Origin: a virus
Direction: 5' to 3' (one strand)
IMG/VR virus record: IMGVR_UViG_3300028840_000888
Location: 1 to 64,000 of that record
DNA length: 64,000 nucleotides
Below, in pieces: positions 8,623 to 18,015 of this stretch. The position numbers and the translations under genes are program-made. The notes under the pieces are model-generated. The model saw only the letters and a list, made by a program, of their open reading frames with translations. It had not been told where the DNA came from and searched no databases. Each line of letters opens with the position of its first letter. Position 1 is the first letter of the stretch.

Positions 8623-9817
8623 AGTACAAGACGTACAGGAGCAATTAGGCATCCCCGTGTCAAGCGTGGAACTTGACATCCGGGGTCTGTTGAGCAAAGG
8701 CCTGCTGATCACCGTGAGTGTACACGGGGCCACGATGATGAGCCGGGGTCTGAACTTGGCTCACTTGGGGATGAGCAAGAAAACAGTGGGCGAGAAGATC
8801 AAGGCCGGACGTGAGGCCATTGATCAGCTTGCCGACCGTGCCCTCAATTCCTGGTCAACGCAGTGTCGCCACTGTGTTGACAAGTATGCCCTGCGACTTG
8901 ATAGCATCGACAAACTGACGGCCTCCAATTCCTGGCGGCTGTTGCTGTTTGATGCCTATGACGATTTCAAGGCGCGGTGGGAGGAGTTGCAGGTCAAGCG
9001 TGAGGCAATCATTGAAGACATCCTCTTTCGCTATGATGACATCATCGTGGTGAATAGGGAGTTCTGGAAGGGCCTAGCGGAGGAGAACTGGCGCGCACTA
9101 CAGGCGCGTTATCCTGAAGGGTTCGCGCTTTCGGTGGGCGATGAGATGTTTGAGCCGGAAGACGGTGAGAAGTACATCGCCTACGTGGTAAGTAGCGCCC
9201 TGGCCGCAATGCCCACGAAGGATCGGATCAAGGCCGGGATCACGGCGAGCTATCACACCTCTATCCTGTTCACCACCGCTGAAGCAGCCAAAGAGGAAGC
9301 AGAGTACTTGGAGGCGGAAGCAGCCCAGGCCCAGGCGCGTGCAAAGATCGCCCAGGCCAATGACATCACATTCACCAAGAAAGCCCGCCAGGAAGCAATC
9401 ATGCAGGCCGAGCTTGACCGTGCGCGGGAAGCCGTGACAGAAGCGGCATCGCCCATCGAGGAGGCCCTGAGCGCGCTATTCGCGCAACTTGAGGCGGGGT
9501 GCAACTCCCTGCTCAAGGGATACAAGAAGAACGGGAGCTTTCGCGGTCGCAGTCTTGATACTGCCAAAGGTTTTATCGACCTGTGGCGGTATATGGGCGG
9601 ATCAGCCTTGTCGGGCAATGATGACCTGGCGCGACTGATCGAGGAAGTGAAAGCGAAGGCCGAGGGTGTGGCCGGCGCAGAGGGCGAAACTAAGGCCATT
9701 GCAGCCGATGGTGTGGCGGAAAGCCTGGCGCAACTCAAGACGATGGTACGGGATCAGGCGAAGGAAGTGGAACGTAAGAGTAAAGCCGCGACCAGGGCGG
9801 CGATGTTGGAACTATAA
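8615..9817 (+). CDS. Helical/coiled-coil protein, DUF3150-like
   Basis: AAGGAG RBS before MTKVQ; long helical protein upstream of the AAA ATPase, as in AAA/DUF1257 clusters. Confidence 0.5.
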   Translation: MTKVQDVQEQLGIPVSSVELDIRGLLSKGLLITVSVHGATMMSRGLNLAHLGMSKKTVGEKIKAGREAIDQLADRALNSWSTQCRHCVDKYALRLDSIDKLTASNSWRLLLFDAYDDFKARWEELQVKREAIIEDILFRYDDIIVVNREFWKGLAEENWRALQARYPEGFALSVGDEMFEPEDGEKYIAYVVSSALAAMPTKDRIKAGITASYHTSILFTTAEAAKEEAEYLEAEAAQAQARAKIAQANDITFTKKARQEAIMQAELDRAREAVTEAASPIEEALSALFAQLEAGCNSLLKGYKKNGSFRGRSLDTAKGFIDLWRYMGGSALSGNDDLARLIEEVKAKAEGVAGAEGETKAIAADGVAESLAQLKTMVRDQAKEVERKSKAATRAAMLEL

Positions 9818-9828
9818 GGAGAAAGATC

Positions 9829-10065
9829 ATGAAAGCAACCGAATTGATCGAGTGCAGGGGCAGGATGTACCACGGAAAGCACCATGCCTTCCGAGACTAT
9901 GGAAGCATCACCGGCAAGGATGCACGCGAGTATGTTCTTGAGGATTCAGACGGCAACACACGTTATGAAACGAGCACAGAATTGATCAGCGCAATGTGTG
10001 AAGTTGCGCCGATTGAACTGTGGACAGTAGATGAAGTGAAATGTTACACATTGCTCAGGCAATAG
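9829..10065 (+). CDS. Hypothetical protein
   Basis: AAGGAG RBS. Confidence 0.65.
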   Translation: MKATELIECRGRMYHGKHHAFRDYGSITGKDAREYVLEDSDGNTRYETSTELISAMCEVAPIELWTVDEVKCYTLLRQ

Positions 10066-10149
10066 AAAGACAGGGGAAGTCACTGATTGGCTTTATAGAT
10101 TTTCACCAGATGGTTGAGCAACATCATGACAATATTTAAGGAGAAAGCA

Positions 10150-11751
10150 ATGAATAGCAAGCAGACGCAAGCCAAGCTGTACCGGATGATCCGGGCACGC
10201 CAGCCCGTGATCGCGGTGCAGTCTTATGAAACCCAGCGCGTTCTGGATAGCATCATCGGTATCATTGATGCTGATGCGGAGCGCACGGGCGCCCGCAAGG
10301 AGCTTTTTGTGTGGTCAGTTACACAGGGGCTACGGCGCATGGGTACGAAAGCCGGGGAGTTGTATGATATGGATGCACCGAAGAATCCTCCGGCAGTACG
10401 GGCGGAGGACGAAGCCGAGTTGTTACCCATGCTTATAATTGATGAGTATGGCGACGCGGAAGATGAACCGGCGCCCAACTGTATCTTTGTCGTCAAGGAC
10501 CTGCACCCGTTCTTGGGAAATCCGTTAGTCGCCCGCGGCATCCGCGACCTTGCCGAGGTATTGACCGTGCGACGCCAGACCGTGATCATGGTGTCACCAT
10601 CTTTCAATCTTCCGGGAGACCTAAAGAAGGACGTGGCCATGATTGACTTGACGCTACCAGATGCGGCCGAGCTTGACGCCCACATTGACGACTTCTTGTT
10701 CAGGGTGCAATGCGAAAGCGCATTGAATGGCGACAAGACCAGCTTGGTGCAAGCCCTTCAAGGTCTGAGCAAACAAGAGGCCGATGCAGTGCTGGCCTCA
10801 GCGGTGATTGAACATGGTGAGTTGGATAGTCGGGCGATCAAGTTCTGCTTGGAGCAGAAGGCCGGGATCATCCGCGAGTCGGGCGCCCTTGAGTACTACC
10901 CGGCAGATGTATCACAAGCAGACGTTGGCGGCCTGGACATGCTCAAACAGTGGCTTGACAGCGCCGGGCTTTCCAATAGTCCGCAGGCGCGGGAGTTCGG
11001 GATTGAACCGGCGCGGGGCACACTGGTTGTAGGTGTCCCCGGTTGTGGAAAGAGCCTCACCGCGAAGATGGTCAGCGCGATGTGGAACCAGCCCTTGCTG
11101 CGCCTTGACGTGGGGGCGCTGTTCGGTAGCCTGGTCGGGGAGAGTGAGGAGCAGGCACGTAACGCTCTCAAGATCGCGTCAGCGGTGGCCCCGTGCATCC
11201 TCTGGATTGACGAGATCGAGAAGGCCCTGGGATCAGGCGGCGGTGAGTCGGATGGTGGCACCAGCAAGCGGGTACTTGGCACCATCCTCACGTGGATGGA
11301 GGAGCAGGGAAACGGTGTCTTCATTTTTGCCACTGCCAATGACATCACCAGTCTACGCCCGGAGTTGGTACGCCGCTTCTCGGAGGTCTTCTTTGTTGAC
11401 CTTCCCGGCGAAGCAGAGCGCGAGGAGATACTATCTATTCATATTATGAAGGTAAATCGAAAGCCGGACGACTTCGACCTTAGCGCGGTAGTCAAGGCGA
11501 CAAACGACTTCACCGGGGCGGAGCTTGAGAAGGTCGTGCAAGCGGCCCTGTGGGCAGCCTTCAAGGAAGACCGCGAGGTCAACACCGCCGACCTGCTGCA
11601 AGCAGCGGGTGACACGGTTCCCTTGAGCGTCACGATGGCCGATGGGATCAAGACCATGCGCGCCTGGTCAAACAAAGCCAAACCTGCCAGCAGCAAGCAA
11701 GAGACTGGGCGTAAGGCTAAGACATCACGCGGGCTGGCTTTGGAACTGTAG
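10150..11751 (+). CDS. Ycf46-like AAA+ ATPase
   Basis: VGGLDMLKQW, Walker A GVPGCGKS, LLRLDVG, Walker B LWIDEIEK, ATAN, FFVDLP; degenerate N-terminal AAA domain (FVVKDLHPFL). Confidence 0.92.
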   Translation: MNSKQTQAKLYRMIRARQPVIAVQSYETQRVLDSIIGIIDADAERTGARKELFVWSVTQGLRRMGTKAGELYDMDAPKNPPAVRAEDEAELLPMLIIDEYGDAEDEPAPNCIFVVKDLHPFLGNPLVARGIRDLAEVLTVRRQTVIMVSPSFNLPGDLKKDVAMIDLTLPDAAELDAHIDDFLFRVQCESALNGDKTSLVQALQGLSKQEADAVLASAVIEHGELDSRAIKFCLEQKAGIIRESGALEYYPADVSQADVGGLDMLKQWLDSAGLSNSPQAREFGIEPARGTLVVGVPGCGKSLTAKMVSAMWNQPLLRLDVGALFGSLVGESEEQARNALKIASAVAPCILWIDEIEKALGSGGGESDGGTSKRVLGTILTWMEEQGNGVFIFATANDITSLRPELVRRFSEVFFVDLPGEAEREEILSIHIMKVNRKPDDFDLSAVVKATNDFTGAELEKVVQAALWAAFKEDREVNTADLLQAAGDTVPLSVTMADGIKTMRAWSNKAKPASSKQETGRKAKTSRGLALEL

Positions 11752-11838
11752 CCTTGCGGTCATTTTTGGCCAATTTCCGAAATTGACTGTCTAAACCAGG
11801 AAATTGGCCCTTGTAATTGCTAAATTATGTGATATAAT
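11751..11838 (+). promoter_or_regulatory. Repeated promoter cassette, copy 4 (TTGTAA 11811-11816, TATAAT 11833-11838)
   Basis: CCTTGCGGTCATTTT...CAATTTCCGAAATTGACTGTCTAAAC; 11-bp inverted repeat GGCCAATTTCC/GGAAATTGGCC. Confidence 0.85.
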
Positions 11839-11871
11839 AAGTTAAGTAAGTGAAGGTACAGGAGGAAAGTC

Positions 11872-12342
11872 ATGAGCAAATATAAAAATTATACAAGCGT
11901 CATCAAGGATGTCGAACTCTTTAAGGCCGTCCTTGATGACCTGGGTATCCTGTATGAGGAGGGCGACAACATGCCCTTATACGGCTATCTGGGAAAACAG
12001 CGCCAGGAGCACGCTGACCTGGTGATCCGACGGCGCCACGTGAGCCGGGGAGCCAATGACATCGGGTGGAAGCACACCGAAGACGGCTATGTTGCTATCG
12101 TCAGCGACTTCGACCGTGGGCAGATTGAGGACAAGACAACTCGCCAGCACCTCATCTTGTGCAAGGCCATGCAGGAGTATAGCCGTCGGGATGTTCGGCG
12201 CAGGTATGAGGAGAAGGGATACAGAATTGTTAATGAGCGACGTGTCGGGGATCGTATTGAATTTGAGGTTGAGCCGACGCGCCGGGTACGAGTAGCACGC
12301 ACGCAAGTTGAACGCCAGGCGCGCGTAAGGGTGCGGAGGTAA
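11872..12342 (+). CDS. DUF1257 (Ycf35-like) protein
   Basis: T.IKD.ELF.AVL.DLG, GY.G..RQE.ADLVIRR, NDIGW...DGY..I.SDFD, QEY; adjacent to Ycf46-like ATPase. Confidence 0.8.
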   Translation: MSKYKNYTSVIKDVELFKAVLDDLGILYEEGDNMPLYGYLGKQRQEHADLVIRRRHVSRGANDIGWKHTEDGYVAIVSDFDRGQIEDKTTRQHLILCKAMQEYSRRDVRRRYEEKGYRIVNERRVGDRIEFEVEPTRRVRVARTQVERQARVRVRR

Positions 12343-12345
12343 GTC

Positions 12346-12543
12346 ATGGAAAAGATCATTATCATTATTGAAGCAGACGGCGAGGTAAAGACGCATGTTG
12401 AGGGAGTAGAAGGCCCGGCATGTGAGGCACACCTGGCTCCGCTTGATGGGTTCGGAGAAGTGCGCGAGGAAGGTCACACCGACGACTGGGAGAAGACACA
12501 GCGGCGCGTGGTGAGTGTGCGCCGGGAGGTGAGGGCACGATGA
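12346..12543 (+). CDS. DUF2997 protein
   Basis: IIIEADGEVKTHVEGVEGPAC. Confidence 0.8.
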   Translation: MEKIIIIIEADGEVKTHVEGVEGPACEAHLAPLDGFGEVREEGHTDDWEKTQRRVVSVRREVRAR

Positions 12544-12806
12544 GAGAGGCAACTGAGCAGGTGTTGAAATTAAAGGTCGTGGAGTACATTGATGTCGCAG
12601 ATCGCAAGGCGCACAAATTATACCAGGATTATCGCGCCACGTGGCGTGAGGTGGAAGAGTTGCGCCGGATCATGTCAGGCGTCCTAGACATTGACGCCGA
12701 CCTCGGCGGTGATGGCGTGGAGATCCGTGAAGGCATTGCCGCAATCCTGGAAGACGAAAACCTGATTGAGTTGATCTTCCCGGAGAAAGGCAAGCATGGC
12801 GCGTGA
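12540..12806 (+). CDS. Hypothetical protein
   Basis: ATGA coupling, GGAGG RBS. Confidence 0.65.
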   Translation: MREATEQVLKLKVVEYIDVADRKAHKLYQDYRATWREVEELRRIMSGVLDIDADLGGDGVEIREGIAAILEDENLIELIFPEKGKHGA

Positions 12807-13185
12807 TCGGGCTAAAGACTGGGCGCGTATCTGGCAACAGTTCGCGCCCAAGTCGCTCAAGCGCCTTGAAGTACGCCATACAGAGAGTGGCGGTGAGTTG
12901 CAGTTTGCCCGCCAGGAGCTTGGCCGGCGCTGGCGCTTCGACTGGGCCATGCCATCCGTCAAGGTTGCGGTCGAGATTGATGGCGGGAAGCGCATTGCGA
13001 AGTACCTGCCACACAAGCGTCGGTGCGTGGTGGTTGGCCGCCACAACCTTGAAGGCGACATGGAGAAGATGAACGCAGCGGCGATGTTGGGGTGGACGGT
13101 CTTGCACTTCACGCCGCAGATGCTCAAGCGAGATCCGCTTGGGTGTGTCGCAATAGTGGCAGAAACTATAAGGAGGAAGACGTGA
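12796..13185 (+). CDS. PD-(D/E)XK endonuclease (DUF559/Vsr-like)
   Basis: RRWRFDWAMPSVKVAVEIDGG ... D.EK.N.A...GW.VL.FT. Confidence 0.8.
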   Translation: MARDRAKDWARIWQQFAPKSLKRLEVRHTESGGELQFARQELGRRWRFDWAMPSVKVAVEIDGGKRIAKYLPHKRRCVVVGRHNLEGDMEKMNAAAMLGWTVLHFTPQMLKRDPLGCVAIVAETIRRKT

Positions 13186-13574
13186 GCAACTATGAAGGAA
13201 ATGAGAAGGTACTAAAAGCCGTGCTCGCAATGATCAAGCAGCGCGGCCCAATTTCAAGCGGGCTGATTGGATTTCATGCAGAAAACGAGTGCGGGCTTGT
13301 GCTATTCAATGAGGACATTGAGGCGGCTATTGATGCCCTGCGGATGCAGGGCCATTGCATCATTGAAGTGGAAGGCGGCCTCAAGATCACGAGTGATGCC
13401 GTCGAGTTTGAGAAGTGGCGGGATGAGGTGCTATTGCCAAAGGTTGAGCATACCCGCGATATGCTGGCGAAGATGTCAAGCAGATTGCGCGGTTATATAC
13501 ATGTTCGTGACATCATGATCATGGAAAGGGGAACGCGAGCCGTGCATTTGCATTGTAAGGAGGTGATTGCATAA
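13182..13574 (+). CDS. Winged-helix-like hypothetical protein
   Basis: AGGAGG RBS, GTG start; 'IEAAIDALRMQGHCI' wHTH-like segment. Confidence 0.55.
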   Translation: MSNYEGNEKVLKAVLAMIKQRGPISSGLIGFHAENECGLVLFNEDIEAAIDALRMQGHCIIEVEGGLKITSDAVEFEKWRDEVLLPKVEHTRDMLAKMSSRLRGYIHVRDIMIMERGTRAVHLHCKEVIA

Positions 13575-13707
13575 GGCGTAGATAAACAATGGGCAGGTAG
13601 AGGATGTGCAGATAGTTTTGTAAAAGGAGAATCCTCCACGCCGACCGCGCACAGTGGAAAAAGCTGCCGCAACAATTCTACAAAGGCGATACTGTTTCAA
13701 TTACATA

Positions 13708-13740
13708 GGCCGCATGGCAAGAAGTCATGCGGCCATTTTT
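13708..13740 (+). terminator. Hairpin plus T-run immediately before the PAPS-reductase-like RBS
   Basis: GGCCGCATG-N9-CATGCGGCC-ATTTTT. Confidence 0.55.
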
Positions 13741-13753
13741 CAAAAGGAGAACG

Positions 13754-14815
13754 ATGAACATACAAGACTACGACTATTATGCCCTCGGCGTTAGCGGTGG
13801 CAAGGACTCAACCGCTCTCCTGCTGTGGTACAAATACATGTCTGGGCTACCAATGTCTAAGCTACGCCTTACCACAGCAGATACAGGTAATGAGGATTTG
13901 TTGACCTACGCCTACATTGATATGTTGCGCGACGAAATCGCGCCTATTGAGCGTCTGCAGCCGATGTGTGGGCGTGTTGGCGAGCGAGTGCCGTGTGATT
14001 TCAGCAGCCTGGCAGTATGGAAAAAGCGATTCCCGTCGCGGCGTGCGCGATTCTGTACGCAATGGCTAAAGGTTATTCCGTCGCGTGAGTATGTGGCCGG
14101 GCTAATGCACGAGGGGTCAAGTGTTCATACTGTGCAGGTGGGTGATTTCGACATCACCACAACCGGCCCCATGAAGCATGTCCTTGTGCTTTCCGGCGTT
14201 CGCTGGGAAGAGGGTCGCGCCAGTAATACACGCGGCGAGCGCGCCAGCTTTGAGTTTGACGACGGGTGGATGACGGACGTATACCGCCCTGTCATTGATT
14301 GGGACATCGACGATGTGTGGGCGATTGCCAGCGAGTATCTGAGCTTGGAGCGTGTGGCGCAGATCATACAAGATGACCCGCTGCTCTCAGAACAACATAA
14401 GCGCGATTTGATAGCTAGGCAAGCGGCGCACGGCATCCCGCGCAATCCGCTGTATGACATGGGAGCGCGGCGGGTTGGGTGTTTCCCATGCGTCAACTCT
14501 GTAAAGAGGGAGGTGCGCGCAATGGCGAAGTATCGCCCGCAGCGAATAGACGAGATAGAGCGGATGGAGTGCGATGTCAGCGCCGTGTCATCCGTGGAGT
14601 ACTCCTCGTTTTTCCACCGTAACACTGTACCGATAGCGCATCGCTCAAAAAACATTACCACGAAAGAGGGCGAAAAAATGCGCGTGGCTACAATAATAGA
14701 CATTGTGCTATGGTCAAAGACTCGCGCATTTAATCCTAATCAATTTGATTTCGACCCCGATTTCATGGAACCGCCTAGCGTTTCTGCATGTGATATTGGC
14801 GGAATGTGCGAGTAA
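13754..14815 (+). CDS. Phosphoadenosine phosphosulfate reductase family protein (phage CysH/DndC-like)
   Basis: PP-loop SGGKDS, DTGNE, RFCTQWLK, GVR.EE, RVGCFPC. Confidence 0.88.
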   Translation: MNIQDYDYYALGVSGGKDSTALLLWYKYMSGLPMSKLRLTTADTGNEDLLTYAYIDMLRDEIAPIERLQPMCGRVGERVPCDFSSLAVWKKRFPSRRARFCTQWLKVIPSREYVAGLMHEGSSVHTVQVGDFDITTTGPMKHVLVLSGVRWEEGRASNTRGERASFEFDDGWMTDVYRPVIDWDIDDVWAIASEYLSLERVAQIIQDDPLLSEQHKRDLIARQAAHGIPRNPLYDMGARRVGCFPCVNSVKREVRAMAKYRPQRIDEIERMECDVSAVSSVEYSSFFHRNTVPIAHRSKNITTKEGEKMRVATIIDIVLWSKTRAFNPNQFDFDPDFMEPPSVSACDIGGMCE

Positions 14816-14871
14816 TGTTGCTGTATACGCCTAAGAATTGACTTGGGCAATGATTTTACATTGCTAATTTA

Positions 14872-15636
14872 TTAGCTGGTAGCCCTGGCCGCATCCGCTA
14901 TCACCTGCACGGTTCCACGCGATAGCTGGTTCACATCACCGGCAGCAATCTCCTGCAACTCATAAGCCATGCCACCCTGGATGGCAAGCTCAGCGGTGGC
15001 ACGGGCGGCAATCTCTATCGTTACGGTTCCTGCGCCTACATTGACGGCAAAGGTAACATCGCCGGGATTGGCCGCCGCTGCGCCATTGAGGTAGAGCAGG
15101 CCGGTGGTAGTATCCGCGAATAGGATCGCCTGCGCGTCCGTATCTTCCTCCACGTCATCCTTGATGGCGAATTGGATTTTGGTGTACCCGGCAGTGATGG
15201 TGCGTCCGGTGAAGCTAATCGTCGTAGTTGCGCCACGTACTATCTGGATATCGTCACCGTCTAGGGCCTCTGAAATAGTGCAGCCGCCGGCGCAATCCCA
15301 CACGTCGCACAGATCCGCCGCTGCCAGCAGGTCGTCAATGTCCTGCTCTACAGTTTGCAGGCTCCACAGTTGATCATCCCACTCGGCGCCAGCCACATCA
15401 CGGAAAAGTACGGCCACGCGATCCGCGTTCATTTCGGCGGCTGTAAGGGCCACATGTACCACGCGCCCGGTAGAGGTGGGTAGCGCGGCGATATTGGCAA
15501 GGGCGCCGCCATCCTTGCTTACCTGCACGTCACCTGCGGCTAAGGTCGGCGTGTTCTGGAACTGCGGGCGGTTCGCCTGTGAAGTCAGGGCGGTATCGAA
15601 TGTGTATGCTACGTTCTTCTTGGGTGGTACTGGCAT
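14872..15636 (-). CDS. Virion structural protein (tail-associated, BppU-like C-terminal domain)
   Basis: AGGAGG RBS; last gene of tail module; beta-rich. Confidence 0.55.
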   Translation of the reverse strand: MPVPPKKNVAYTFDTALTSQANRPQFQNTPTLAAGDVQVSKDGGALANIAALPTSTGRVVHVALTAAEMNADRVAVLFRDVAGAEWDDQLWSLQTVEQDIDDLLAAADLCDVWDCAGGCTISEALDGDDIQIVRGATTTISFTGRTITAGYTKIQFAIKDDVEEDTDAQAILFADTTTGLLYLNGAAAANPGDVTFAVNVGAGTVTIEIAARATAELAIQGGMAYELQEIAAGDVNQLSRGTVQVIADAARATS

Positions 15637-15646
15637 GGTGTCCCTC

Positions 15647-16753
15647 CTAAACAATAACTCCGGGCGTATTCACTGACACACTACGCCCCAACTGCGGCGC
15701 GAAAACATTGCGCACAAATACGCCAACTGATTCGCCCTTGACGAAGCCGCCGCGAATCGCCACGCCGCCACAGGTCTCCGGGATGCTGTCAACGTAAGGC
15801 ACAACATCAGGATTGGGCCCGGACACCCCGATCACTGCACCGGCTCCCAGGTAACGCGATAAAATATCCGGGCTTGGCGTATCGGACGCAAAGAGTAGCG
15901 TTGATCCATCAAGATAGATACTATCTTGATCCGCGACTGCCTGTGTTGTGTAGGCTCCCCACGCATTAGCCGTTTCATGAAGCAGTTCTGTCGAGAAGTC
16001 GTATACCTTCTGTGTCAAGGCATCCTCAAAAACCATCGAATCAGGGCGAAGCGGCCTAACGCCTGCCTGCAATAACAGTGTGCTGGCGTCAAAGTTTACC
16101 CGGTACAAATCATCCCCGGCTATCCCGCCACGGCAATAGAAGAAGGTCGGTGCATAACTATTGATGAAGACCCACGCGGCGTAACGAGTTGCGCTAAAGC
16201 TGGCTGTCGGCGTCCACGTCGCCGCACTGTCAGTACTCACGAATACTGTCGAGCGCCCAGGGATGCGCCAGCCTGACGAACATGCTACATTGCCATTATT
16301 GGCAACGATATTTCCGATCACCGAATGGCGCCCGGTAGCCTCCACCACATAAGCCGCCCACGTCCCGCCTTGATCTCCGCTACGCAGGGCATAGAGCGGA
16401 ACCGTGGAGGCTAATGATTCAACTGTGAAAAGTGCGTACACATCGCCATTGACCTGATCCACGCCGATGTCAATGATGGTGCTGTTGGGATCAGCCTCAC
16501 CGGTAAGCACGCGGGCCTGAGCAGTTGTTAGGATAGGAGACCACGCGCCGGTGGTGCGTGTAGAGATTACGCGAGTAGCAAGTGCCGCACCGTCAAGACA
16601 ATACTGGCGCAGGTTGTCGTCTTCCGGCGCGATTTCGATAATGTTGGTGCTACCCAGGCCGCCATTAGCCGCTGCCCACGCTTGCGGGGCAGTTAGCGAA
16701 TCAGTGGCATATACTCCTAGTAGTCCCGTTCCGATTATGTATTGTGTTGTCAT
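15647..16753 (-). CDS. Tail protein with Asp-box/BNR beta-propeller
   Basis: RSGDQGGTW and STDSAATW Asp-box motifs. Confidence 0.65.
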   Translation of the reverse strand: MTTQYIIGTGLLGVYATDSLTAPQAWAAANGGLGSTNIIEIAPEDDNLRQYCLDGAALATRVISTRTTGAWSPILTTAQARVLTGEADPNSTIIDIGVDQVNGDVYALFTVESLASTVPLYALRSGDQGGTWAAYVVEATGRHSVIGNIVANNGNVACSSGWRIPGRSTVFVSTDSAATWTPTASFSATRYAAWVFINSYAPTFFYCRGGIAGDDLYRVNFDASTLLLQAGVRPLRPDSMVFEDALTQKVYDFSTELLHETANAWGAYTTQAVADQDSIYLDGSTLLFASDTPSPDILSRYLGAGAVIGVSGPNPDVVPYVDSIPETCGGVAIRGGFVKGESVGVFVRNVFAPQLGRSVSVNTPGVIV

Positions 16754-16754
16754 G

Positions 16755-16872
16755 TTGTGCTTTCCGATACTCTATGGTATAATTTCATTATCGCTGGGCC
16801 CATTGGGCTTTTGCTTATATTCTGAAAAAAACCTACTCCGTATGGGCTGCCACCCAGGATGTGGGTTTTTTT
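16755..16872 (+). ncRNA. Putative antisense small RNA unit (promoter, ~80 nt RNA, terminator)
   Basis: TTGTGC-N17-TATAAT (16755-16783) with extended TG; ends in an A7...T7-flanked hairpin at 16825-16872. Confidence 0.5.
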
Positions 16873-16878
16873 CATGCC

Positions 16879-18015
16879 TCACCCACTTGCCCACCCCGCT
16901 AAAAGCTCGGACTCCTCAAAGGCCGCCGTCTTCAAGGTGACATTGCCCTCCTGACTTACTTCTACCTCCTCAACCAGAATGTCCCGGATGTCCTCATAGA
17001 TGGTCGCGCCGTCCAACGGCACCCCACCGACCGGATACCGCATGTCACGATAGATGCCGGGCTGTAGCAACCACGGGTTAACGGTCTGGTTTGCGCCAAT
17101 GCGTTGGAAGATGCCGCCGGGTAGGATGTAGTATTGCGGCGTAGTATCAAGCGGTGCATAGACTACACCGCGCCCCGGTATCACCTTGAGAGTGTAGACG
17201 CTTGTACCGTCACCCAATGCGGTCATGTCCTGTAGCACATCCCAAGCCCGCGCGGCCTCACCCAGGGTACGCTTGACCTGCAAGGCGTTGGTAGTGATTT
17301 GCGTTGAGCTAAGGAACTCACAATCGGTAGTCACAATGCTATCAATCCAGGCTGACACGTTGCCGGTAGCATCATCGTTGGTAGTGACATGCTTCCATTG
17401 GGCGGTGAAGATGTAGCCGCAGAGTTGTACGGCTACAATAGCATTACGGGCGCCCATGATCTGACCTTGCGCCTTGTCGTCGGCCCCGTCAAGATTGATA
17501 CTGATCGGCACGCTCGGCGCATTGGCGTATAGCTCAAGATAGCGGTCGCGGCGGCTATTGGCTACCGCTGCGGCATACTCGCCCTCGCCGGGCGATAGTA
17601 TCTCCTCATACTGACCATAGCGTTTGATACTTTCGGCATCTGTGGCGGCTGCTGTAGTCTGTGGGTTGCTGCTAGTATCCGTGTAGTTTGCCTTGACATG
17701 GTTTGCGAATGTCTCAAACCCACGCCGCCTGCGTACCCCGGCAACTTCAAGCTCAAGGGCGTATGCCATCGCCTCATAACTGATGGCAGCCCCGGCGCGC
17801 TCCTCGATGTGATAGCCAAGCCAGTTGTAGTACACTTCCTGAGCCTCGGACTCCGGCAACATCATATCGAATGAGCCTTCCCAAAAGCCGCCTTGTAAGC
17901 GGATCGAGCGCCGATAGTTGCGCGCCAGTGGCATTAGGTCGCGTACAAAGGCATTATTCTGTAGCACAGAAGAAAATGCACTCAAGCTATAGTTGGGCTG
18001 ACTAAAATTTACCAT
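16879..18015 (-). CDS. Minor tail / baseplate hub protein
   Basis: D.ESI.RYG.YE motif typical of tail hub proteins; position in tail-tip module. Confidence 0.65.
   Translation of the reverse strand: MVNFSQPNYSLSAFSSVLQNNAFVRDLMPLARNYRRSIRLQGGFWEGSFDMMLPESEAQEVYYNWLGYHIEERAGAAISYEAMAYALELEVAGVRRRRGFETFANHVKANYTDTSSNPQTTAAATDAESIKRYGQYEEILSPGEGEYAAAVANSRRDRYLELYANAPSVPISINLDGADDKAQGQIMGARNAIVAVQLCGYIFTAQWKHVTTNDDATGNVSAWIDSIVTTDCEFLSSTQITTNALQVKRTLGEAARAWDVLQDMTALGDGTSVYTLKVIPGRGVVYAPLDTTPQYYILPGGIFQRIGANQTVNPWLLQPGIYRDMRYPVGGVPLDGATIYEDIRDILVEEVEVSQEGNVTLKTAAFEESELLAGWASG

Noticed and set aside
11761-11772. CATTTTTGGCCA resembling the rep iteron CCATTTTGGCCA
   Set aside because: Only one of four cassettes has it and the match is imperfect; probably chance
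3016-11838. Dispersed repeats as a CRISPR array or IS ends
   Set aside because: Kilobase spacing, embedded promoters, no cas gene or transposase
13754-14815. Dnd phosphorothioation system
   Set aside because: No dndA/B/D/E or ssp genes in the window
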